Positions 25,001 to 37,000 of a DNA stretch of 64,000 bases are shown here, piece by piece; the stretch's first letter is position 1, and every line of letters begins with the position of its first letter. A program made the translations under genes and the position numbers. This DNA comes from Antedon mediterranea (taxonomy: Eukaryota; Animalia; Echinodermata). The notes under the pieces are model-generated. The model searched no databases. It had not been told where the DNA came from and saw only the letters and a list, made by a program, of their open reading frames with translations. The stretch spans positions 6,262,001 to 6,326,000 of the forward strand of contig NC_092672.1 of the NCBI RefSeq assembly GCF_964355755.1, in the 5' to 3' direction.

Positions 25001-28000
25001 GGTCGTTTAATTAGTAGCCTACCGCGAAACTAGGTAATACAAAGCTGGCGAGTGGCATGTATAGCCACGTACTACGGTACTACATCATCCATCATATTGT
25101 CATCTGTGTCTTTATCACAGTCCACAGGGGTTTGTTACTAAACGCCATCAGACTACTCTGTAATTAGCATGTTATTGTTCATACCACCTGGGCCTCAATA
25201 AGACGAATAACGAAGTTGATTATCACCAGCACTTAAAAAGCTTATGTTGGATGTTGGGGTACCTACAGGCTTTTAAATTTTAGCTTTGTTTGAAAAATTT
25301 ATAATATAAAGTATTGAACAAGGAGTCTTTTCTGTGATGACCTTATATTAATACGAGAATAATGGCATGTCAGAGTGGCAACTACTAATAAAATATAAGG
25401 CCAATGGTTTATTTTATTCGAATTCATTTCATATGCATCCAACAGCGAGAAACTGGCCAATTACAGGATGGATAAACTATTATATACTATGCATTAATAC
25501 CATGCTTTTATAGACTAAACCTCTGTCTACACTATCAAACTAGTTTGACAAAAAGTGTGATGTGCCCAAATATGATAGTGATATACCAAAATATGGTAGT
25601 GGTATGACATCATCATGTCCATATATGAGCACATCACATTTTTTGTCACATAAAGTTTGATAGTGTAGACAAAGCTTAAGTCTCATTTGATTTTTAAGAA
25701 GTGGTGTAGAAGCAGTTGTCAGTTACAAACCTGAAACTATTAAACAGATTGAACCCTAGATCTTGAAATTGGAGAGCAAGAATAAGTACTAAGCTACAAC
25801 TCCATTAGGCAGGAATCACCACTTTGAAAAAAAAACAGTGCAAGTTTCAAGCTCTGTCTACACTATCAAACTTTATGTGACAGAAACATGTGATGTGTCC
25901 ATATATGGACATAATGATGTCATATCACTACCATACTACATCACACTTTTTTTGTCAACTATTTTGATCGTGCAGACAGAGCCTTAGCAAGCATCTTTCA
26001 ATAATAATGTTGTAATGGAATGACTCTCCCTACGGACATACATCACTTATACCATATAGGATTCTTCAATATTTATACAGACACTCGACTATGCAAACAT
26101 TATAAATCTTTAATTTCATTAAAAATTATCCTAGACAAAGACCACAAGATTTTTCCTTATAGCCTAAAGGAATTTCTCACAATACAATTGATAGAATTAA
26201 TTCAAAACAAAAGAATTATCAATTAATATGGATGTACCATGGAGAATGAATTTGTTTATTCAAATTAAAGAAGTACCATTAGTACTATTAAACTATGCAT
26301 AAATTAAGACACAAAGTGGTCTTTTGAATAAATTTCATGCTTGGATGAACATTACTAATTGGACAAATGGTGTGGAGGAGTTTTAAGGTGGATAAAGTCC
26401 AGTCAGAGTATAGACAGCCGACCATCTGTCCGTCAAAACATGATTTGTTAGATTGACACAATTCATTCATTAATTAAAATGGGGATTTTCCTTGAATACA
26501 GGTTGGTTATAGTGTTTTAAAAACATACAGTTTACTGTATTCCTTTATCACAAGAAATTGTCCTCTTAAGCTCTGTTTACACTATCAAACTAGTTTGACA
26601 AAAAAATGGCAGTGATATGACATAATCATGTCTATATATGGGTACATCACATTTTTTTGATAGTGTAGACAGAGGTTTAGAGGGGTGTTCCTTGAATAGT
26701 GGATGGTGAGGTAGGCTAGTAACCCAGGATGGGCCTATATTCGAGACAGCATATTATAATATTGTTTCATTCATTTTAATATCACTTTTTACTGTAGGAA
26801 AGTTAACAGGGAATTCCTACACACTTTACGTGCTAATTTTCAATCACTCAATTTGTGTTAATAAAGTAATTAAACTACAAAAGTATTCATGATTAATCGG
26901 TAATTCAAAGCTGCCATAATATTGCATCACTTCCCAAACACTTACGTTTAAACGCAACTCATCCGTAAAAGAGCCCACTTTCAAAAAGCACGAAAATTAG
27001 ATTAGTCACGACAAAAAGAGCAGGAGATAAATCAAACGTTACGACAATATCACGCTTTTAATTAGATTAGGGGAACAGCAAAGTGAAGAACAGGATAAAA
27101 GATGAAAGAAGAGAGGAAATAATTAATGGTAGATCATTTCAAAGTATTAATTGTTTTCGTTTTTGTCAAAACCCTCAGAAAATTATATTTTGTTTATGAT
27201 TATCTTGTACCATGTACTGTAGTAATAATTAGATTGTACACAGTTCATTAATCTATTTGTCAGGGTAAAAAAGAGAGAAATGACCAATCTACAGATATCC
27301 CTGTAAAGGATAAAGATAAAAACTATAACTACATCATTGTATTTATATAATTATAGAAAAGAAGGGGATATGTAGGGAAAAGGTCTATTGTCTTTGGAAA
27401 CAAAACCAGAAACAACGATAGATAGTGTGTGCTAATATTTGTATAGAGAAAAAGGGATATGTATGGAAATTAAGATAAAGAGTCAATTGTCTTTGGATTT
27501 GTAAAGAATAAAGACAATAATAATAAAGAGAAAACCAGAACAACTACAGTATAGGTACATTCATTTTAATATCACTTTTTACTGTAAGAAAGTTAACAGG
27601 AAATTCCTAACCGTTCTATGGTTACCACCAGGTAGACTTACTTCATTAAAGCTTCTATGAATGGATGTACTGGTTGGGAGCAGGAACGCTAGTAGACCAA
27701 ACCCAGTACCGTTTTGATTATGATCAATCGGGAAATTACCTCACGACGTTAATAAAAAGGAGTACATTAGAACTATATTCAACCATGGAGGTAAAGAACT
27801 ATAGTTGCCTCAGGAATCAGAAGAAACTGCAATGACATGGTTCAACTGAAAGCATAGTGAACTGTAGTTGAATGTACGAAATATCATTCCCAATCGAATA
27901 ACGTCAAAAAATTAATATATGAACATTGATTCAATTGTCAATTACACGGAAGGCGCCATTAAGCATTGCTTCCCTACCATCCATGGCAATTACACTTAAA

Positions 28001-31000
28001 CAGAGCCTAACATAACAGGAAACTTGCGACATCAATTTGCAAACTGAGAAGAAGTAAGTTTCTTATGTTTATGTTTATAATGTTTATTGAAAAATAATGA
28101 AGTAGTCGTTAGTAGTATTTGATTTAATAATTAATAGTGACCTATTTAGCTGTCAAGTCGAAAAGTCGTTCTTTGCATACTCAGAAAGATATGAATATGT
28201 AGAAAATTACTGTTTGACTCAATAGCTGTGTAGCCGCGATCGCTGTTACATCGAAAAAGTCATTCCTTGCATACTCGGAAACATATGAGTATGTACAGAA
28301 TGACTGTTAAGACCCAATAGCTGCATAGTAGCATCATGGAAACGAAAGGTTGATATTAATAATTTCAACTTTGACCAATTACAATATTTTGTGCAAGCTT
28401 CTCAATTACAAACAACCAGTTTTATGAACAACATTTTTTAAACAAATATCTTTTTACTATAAACCACAACATTACAATGAAACAATTGGCAACAGTGAGC
28501 TGATGTAGGATATGGCAATTCCATACATGAGAATTGTATAGACTCAGTATACACACTTCTGTTGATTATTGTGACTGTATTTGGTTGATTTAATGGTCGT
28601 CCTTAATCCTGCGAAACTGAACATACTAATAATCTGATGATCATGATTATTGAAATTTGAAGAAAAAGTTTGTTTTTCCAAAACTATTTATTTATAGTGA
28701 ATAACATGACAGAATGTTTAATTATTAATGATGCATCCATTAACGAACACTTTTGATTTGTGGATCACTTCCTACATTCATCCTACATTTAGCAATGACG
28801 TAATGGTAAACTTTAAAGAGATTTAGTTTTGAACGAAAGCTTAAGAGTAGAATGACACATTGATTTATTACAAGGAAAGTACCGCAACTATCCTTTTAAT
28901 ATATCCTCTATTTAAATATATCCTCAATAAAATAGGGAGGAGGAAAGAGGAATTAGTAAATGGAATGACTACTATATGAAAAAGAAGAAGTTTAATATAA
29001 TAATGGTTGTCTTATTATATAGTGCCTCCTAAAACAAAATATTTTCAAGCACATAAATGCATAGAAGAAGAATAAAATGAAACAACCAAAGCAGATTGAA
29101 GATGATGCATAGAAACGATTTACTATCAATGGTGAATCCAGGATTTTGTAAAAGTGTGGACTCAAGGGCCTAAGAAAACTAAAAAAAGTAATGCTGTGCT
29201 TGATTTGATGATATCCTATACTCTGCATTATAATGTTTAAATTTTAGCTATAAAGCAAAAAAATATGGTTATATATTAATTCATCAATTAATATTCTTCC
29301 TTCTGTACAACTAACAAACTCAGTGCTCACAGATGGGAAGACGTCCAAGGCCTGATATACGCCATGAACTTTCGCATTTATCAGGGAATCTTAGATTATA
29401 TTAAAGTGGCGATCCCACAGGGTTGTACGCATTTATGGTTTACATTAGTCAAACTTTAAGCAATATTCTTCATTAAATTGATTGAGAGCTGAAGTTGGTA
29501 TAATACATACTCGAATGAATGAATATTTTGGTATTGAGACTAATTAGTATATGATAAATCCATAAACTGTAAGAAATAATGGAGTGATTTCATTGCTCAT
29601 GTTATCGATATCTTTTATGCATCCATGTACTTTTGCTAGCTATACATCTTTTAAGGGCAATACAATATGGTGTATATTATATGCATGTGGCGGGGTGAAA
29701 TGATGTTCTATGGGAGTGGGTTGGGGTGCTGGGAGGAGGGGAAGGAGGTGTTCATTTTAATTGAGGGAGTCGTTTATTCAAAGCAGGGTGTTTATTCAAA
29801 TTAATATGGTAATACCCTGGCTATACTAATTTCTGAGTCTCAACAATTATTCTATAAATCTATTTTTCACTTAGTACTTGATATGCTCCTATCGATGATC
29901 ATAAGTACAGAATTAATTGCCAGGTCAAAGTTAATTTCCTGTTGAAGAGTTGAAGATTAGTACAAGAGGTTCTTGGTAAAAAATTAATATTTATATAAGT
30001 GGCACAAAAATAAATAATGAAAGATATTGCCTACTTATGCTTTCACTTGCTGAGGTAAAAGTTCAAAAGTTTGCACGCTTATTAGAGGAAAATAAATAAT
30101 CATATTATAATATAACATTAATATTGCAAAGTTATAGAAGAAATTCGAGATTTTTAGAGCAGGTTCCCACAATTGTATCAAGCAAGCTCGTCAACAAAAG
30201 TTTTATTTTTTGTTAAAAATATCTGGCGGGATTCAAACCTCTCACAATACTATCACAGAATTTTTAACTGAGTGACAGAGACTATCTTTCATACAACAGG
30301 CAACAGGCACCCTCTAACAATCATTAATGGACTCTGGAAAGTCTTTTAATTAATTTGCAATGATAATGTATTCCAATAATATTTGAATGTTAAAATGTAT
30401 TTTTACATAAAGATTTTCAAGATTATTGCTGAAAAATTCTATCTATGATTTGTTTCACAGTACACTATATGTAACATGAATTAAAAAATGATATTTGAAT
30501 GAGTATCATTATATAAGTTCTTAATAACTAGGCAATAAAATATCCTCTAAATGATATTACTTTTTATCATTAAATTATTTATATACTTAATTATATCAAA
30601 CCTAATTCATGCAAAGCTGTTTTAATCAAAATACAACAGACATTACAACTGTTTCTGAATTTGTTGTGATAATATTTCCTTAATTAGTTGCGATTCTTAG
30701 ACAATATATAATAATTTAATCAACAATTTTGTAAACATTCATTCTAAAAATATCGTATTTAGCCACAAATTACTAATGAGGATCAAATCGTAACAGAACA
30801 CTCTTATATTTATAAACCATCAGATAATCTACACGCAAGGGTTTATATATTGACAAGGAACTTTCTAGTTAAATTAAATAAGTACATTCTTTCAAATACT
30901 GTACACAAATATGGCTTGTGTAGAACACGAAACCGTATTCAGGGATACCTCTATAAAAGGGACACTTTCCTGTGCAACTTTTCAAGGGGATAGCTTTTAA

Positions 31001-34000
31001 CACTACGGCCAACCTCTATTTAGGGGACATGTTTATTAAGGGGCCTCTTTGTTGGGTCTTGGGGGTAAAAGGTGTGCCCTTAGTAGGAGGCTACTATACT
31101 TACAATTTAAATTGAATTTGAGATCTTATCTAAAGCAGTTAAAAAAGCACATTTTAAAAACGTAATATTTACATCATCTGTTCTGTGGTAAACATCTTGA
31201 GCTAATTTTATACTTCAACCTGAATTAGTATATGCTCATATATATTAATAGTTTCTATTAGCATTACTTTTACAGAGTTGATGGGATTAAATTAAGAGGT
31301 CTTCCAAGTGCACATTACTGGCGCCACTTAGCGTTGCCCAATCAAGGAAGTAATGGTTAATAATCCAAGAGATTTACGAACGAGCTCAACTTCCTTCCAA
31401 TCATGCATCTCACAACAAAGAATTGTGCATTTTCAAGACACAATAGGTTGAAGATATAATGCATCAACCTATTGTGTTTTTGTTTTAATATTTATTATCT
31501 TTATTAATATATAGTAATTTGTAGTTTAACATAGGATACAATTATGTTTTGTTACATATAAAGTTAAACTTACAAGCCGCAATGCTTTTAAACAATGGGA
31601 TATATATTTGCAATGAATCACCCTATTGTGTTTTTGTTTAAATAATTTTTATTAGGAGTAATTTGTAGTTTAACTAAAGACTAGAGACAATTATTTTCTG
31701 TTGTTAAATGTAAAGTTGAACTTACAAGCCGCAATGCTTTATTACAATGGGATATATATTTGCAATGAATCATCCTATTGTGGTTTTGATAATTATTAGT
31801 AGTCGTGATTTTTTATTGTTTAGTTTAACTTAAGAAATATACAATTGTTAGTGTTTTTGTTGTTTTTAAAATAAAAAAAAGACATGATTGAAATACTGTA
31901 ATGGGATATGAATCGTCAAATTACTAAAACTTATTATTCAAAGTGTTGTGTTCAATTTAAAGATACAATTGTCAACTTTTTTGATTGTATATTTCTTGTA
32001 AATTCTAAAGCTCTGTTTACACTATCGAACCAGGGAGGTATACCTCCTTGATTAAACTTTATGTGACAAAAAAATGTGATGTCATATCACTACCATATTT
32101 GGGCACAAACTAGTTTGATAGTGTAGACAAAATGTAATAATTCTGCTAGTATTTCATTAAATTTATGTTGTAAATGTACAGTATAATATTTCGGTTTAAA
32201 AATTAATAGCAAACAAAGAACTATTTTTGTTTTTTATGTTTATTAAAATAAACAAGATAATAAATTGTTATTACATTTAATTTTGTAAATATATTTTGCT
32301 TTTTAGTTGCTAATCATAAATGTATGCAGTTTGTTGATTTTAACATAACGTTTTATTGATTTCAATACACAATGGCAAATTAGATGCATAGAGGTTATAC
32401 AACTAGAGCCAACTTGAAAAAAAAAAGAAAAAAAAAAGAAGTTTAGGAAATTAAAATTTAATGTTTAACATTCAACCATCCTATGTGGATATTAAACATA
32501 ATTATGAAAGCAGGTCAGAATAAAGACCTGTCAATCATTTTAATTCTATAATAAAAATACAATATGTATTAATTATTATAAAAAATCAAAAGCATTATAG
32601 ACTACCAATTTCTCAGGCAACGCCTAGTCACTATACATCATAGAAACATTTTCCCCAACTCTCTATGGTTTATACAGTATCTACTGGGTATATCTGGACA
32701 GGATGGTAGGCGGCTGGAGTGTCCCACCCATCGGATGAAGATTTAGATGGTCATTGTGTTCTAGTAACCAAACATTTTAATGATACACTGTGCAGGGACC
32801 GACGTTCCTATTTGTGTCATCATAAGTTTAATTAATACAGATTTGCGTTGATCGATATAACATTTCATTCACTGTATTCTGGTGAGTGGGTTTTAGTGAA
32901 TTGATATAGATTAAAATACAGTAGTAAATAAAAAGATAGTGTAAGTGGCCAAGCAACAGGACAAACAGTGGAACCGTAATCCATAGCCATAACATCGGCA
33001 AGGGTTCGAGGCTCACTCGGTCCATGGTTCTGGTGGTAGAATATGGACTATAAACCTCAGGTCCAGTGAACATAAAATGCTTCTGTGTAAACCTAGTACA
33101 TCTGGGGGGGGGGGGGGTTACCCTGGTGTACACATCCACAAATAAGCACTAGACTTAGCAGCAATGACATGAAGTGAACCTTAGGGGAGAAGCATGTAGT
33201 TGAAAAGTCCACAGCACCATGAGCAATGATCGTTAGAATGGCGCTATAGATATTGAAAATATTGATATTAAATATTGCCCTTCAGTTAGTACAGAAATAA
33301 GAAATAACCTTGATATTAATTCACTTTTCATAGAATTCATGATAATAATTCAACCACTAAAAATCTCCCAGTTTCCAGATCGGCCATAACAATATACTCA
33401 CCAAAAGTGACCCGACTTAAGAGGACTTATAAGCTCACCTAAATTTTAAACATGACAAAACCCACAGTAATTCAACTATTGAATTTAAGATTTCATTTCA
33501 TTTCATTATTTATTTGGTCTATTTGAGTAGCAAAGTGACTTGCCATTGCAGGACATAAGGTTAATCATGCGAAAGGAGACAAATTATTAAGTTTAAATGG
33601 AAAATAAAATGCGGGCCGGTCACAAAGATAGCCCTGTAGTGTAGCAAGTCAACCTTTCATAATACGCACTTCACTATAATTCTCAAACATGCGATTTCAT
33701 ATACTTCCGTTCAGAGTTCTTTAGTCTCCCTCACATCCAAAAATTATTATGTTAAACTCAAGTAACATAGTTTGATATACAAAAAGCTAATTAATTTGAT
33801 GAGAGCATGTTATCAAGGGATATTAGATGCATACATCTACTACTCTACTGTACAGAGTTACAACAACTGAGATACAGCAGTTCAGTGGACTCGTGAAAAG
33901 TTAATAGCACTAGGGTCAAGTTTATAAAAAAATTGCTTAGCAAAACAAATCATGTTTTTAATCAATGATGTTTATTAATATTTTTATATGTTTTTTCATA

Positions 34001-37000
34001 AACGACAGAGTCTACCCTAAAATTATAATTTACCAATTTAATAAATATTAATTTTTTGTTCATCACTTCCTAAGTATTTTAACTGGAGCAAAGACATGAT
34101 AAAGTCCAGTTCATACCAACAAACTATTTTACTTTTATTTTTTTACTATTAGTGGGCTAGTAAAACCCACTTTAAAGCTGTCTACACTATCAAACTAGTT
34201 TGACAAAACATCATTGTGTGATGTGCCCAAATATGGTAGTGATATGACATCATCAAGTCCATATATGGCCAAATCACATTTTTTTTGTCACATTAAAGTT
34301 TGATAGTGTAGACAGAGCTTTAACTAGCACAAAAATACTCACATAAATTCATAATTATTGCTTTAAAATAGTACACACAGATAGGTTAATAGAATATTTA
34401 AGGATGTTTTGAATATAATAAATAATGTGCGCATTGATAAACAGTATCTATGGAAGTAAACAATTAAAAGGACTGTAAAGGGAGTGTTGCAAAAAATGTT
34501 GCACGCAAATATTTATTTAATATTAACTTTTACATGCAAACAGTACGTTTCCTTCCATTGTGCTGCGCATTCACATACAATTAAAAACGCTATCACCCAG
34601 AATAGATTAACTTTGGTAATTGTTGTAATATGTTTGTATTGATGATGCTATTTCTGGTCGTTGATCTGAGAACAGGAAGTCTAAGGAAAGGTCGTCTTTG
34701 TCAATGTAAACAAGATCTGGTTGTATTAAGGTCAAGAAAGAAGTGAATGATTAATGGGTCAATGAATGTCTGTTGTAATAATGGAAATTTAGAAATATTG
34801 TAAAGGAAATGACATCTGATTAAACTTTTAATCTCCCAGACACAGTCATCTGTTCCAAGATATACTGTATAATATTGTCTGGGACTAACGCAGGTGAGAA
34901 AATAGGGGTGAAAGATTGAGGATGGCTACAATAGCTATAGATATGCTATATGGTCAAACTAATTTCTTAAGTTGACTGTAAATTTTTTCATACAATTTCA
35001 TATTACATAACTATTGTCATTTCTTGGTAGGTTGAAAAGTGCAGTGTGCACTTCTCCCGCCAACAACCTCTTTTTATTTTTGAGGTTACAAAGTGCAATC
35101 TTCACTCCTCTCTTCTCCAACCTATTTTCTTTGTAGGTTACAAAGAGCAGTGTGCAGTTGTCCTGTCCTCAACCTCTATGTTTTGTAATATGCAAAGTGC
35201 AGTGTGCACTTCTGTTCACAACCTCTTTGCTTTGTAGGTGCAAGTGCAGTGTGCACTTCTCCAGCCCCCAACATCTATTTGTTTGTAATTATATGCAAAG
35301 TGCAATGTACACCTAGCTCATCCTCACCCTCTTCACTTCCCCTCCCCAATCCTATTATTCTTACCTTTGTAAACGATGTGATAATTCCTTGTGGGACATC
35401 TACTTTCTTTGCTATCAGGTGCCTAATGGTGAATCCTAGCCCTCTTATGCCACTTGTACATATTGGAATCTATAGAAAACATGGTTAGATTATTATTGCA
35501 TAGAAAAGGGCAGTAATAAAAAGCAGTGATACCAATTTGCAGATCTGTTACCACATTGAAAGAATGGTAGGACTCTAGGTATTAGCTGGAAAAGCAGTGT
35601 TCTAGACGGAGAGGTACTAAGGCAAAGATTACTGGGGTGGGGCTGAATTACACAGATGTGTGTACAACACCTTTCATTTCCTGTAAATGTTGTACATCAG
35701 ACAGCACTTATAAGTCTGATGGGGCTGAGATGGCGAGAACATTGAATTACTACTGTTTCAAAGATGACCTAGAGTCTCAAAGAGGTTATGCTTGAAAGAT
35801 TATAATTTATATTTATATTGTTACTACATGTGTTATTGTTTATTGTAAATGTTTATTCTTATGGTGTTTTTATCCTTAAGGGCCACAATGGAAATAAGTT
35901 TGACCTTTGGTTACTTTTTTGTGTTACCCTGAATTCATTCTTTGTATTTTTTTTATTTTTATGTTGTGTTATTTTATGAATTCGAATAAAGAAATAAATA
36001 AAAATAAATAAAATAAACTAGGTTCTTTAAGGTGCACATGAGTCACAAATGTACACTGGACCTCCAGTTTTTAGTTCTTAATGGTTAAGATAAGCCTTGA
36101 ACCTGTGCCATGGTTGCAAAACTCCTGCATTTGACTGCTCGGCCACTAGAACAAAATGGGATACCTTGATATAGCCAGAGGTGCAACTACTTGTATTATT
36201 TACTTACCCTATCATTTGTTGCATTTGATGTAAGTATTTGAATAATTTTAGCTTGGTATTCACTGGCCAACACCCTCTCAGGAGCTTCTTTGATTGCTAT
36301 TGACAAGGCTACACTACGACCATGTTGTAAGATCCAATCACTGCTAACATCTATAATTAAACCAAAAAATTGTTTCTTACAATCTTATACATAACATCAA
36401 TGGTAGATTACATACATAATAACAAGTAGAATGGTAATGGTTATATATGTTGAGAGGCATAGAGACCCTCCAAATTGCTCACTATTATACTACATAAATT
36501 AATGTATATGCAGTGCTGTTGAAATCTGTGGGAATAATAAAAAGTCACCCAAGATTTAAATCTAGAATTTTCTACCTAATATGCAGATATCCTAGCATTA
36601 GACCATGGGAGCATTCATGTTGTATTTTAAAATGATATTATATTATATAGAATACTAGGATTTAATAACTATAAATAAAATCTACACTCATCTTTAATGA
36701 ATTTATCTTTGGGTCAAATTAAGTGCAAACGTTTAAAAAAACCTATTTTTCCTAGGTCAATTTCACTAGGGAATTCGGTTCATCATTTATAAAATTCAGT
36801 TTGTAAAATGTCATAGTTACAATATAAAAAAGGGGTATTAAAATGGTCAGGGACAGTTCCCTTGGGGTGGGTAAAATGCCCATGACATTGCATTTCAATC
36901 ATAGTTTAGTTTGTTCCATTATTCAATTTTTTTTTTTGGATACAACATGTGTGGTACTTAAGGGAACATAGCTATTTTGAGTCATGCAAAGTTTTGTGGC

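Noticed and set aside
17631-35364. Nested protein-coding gene, miRNA or snoRNA in the giant intron
   Set aside because: Listed ORFs are low-complexity or overlap repeats, and I recognised no convincing hairpin or box C/D pair. Not excluded without RNA data.
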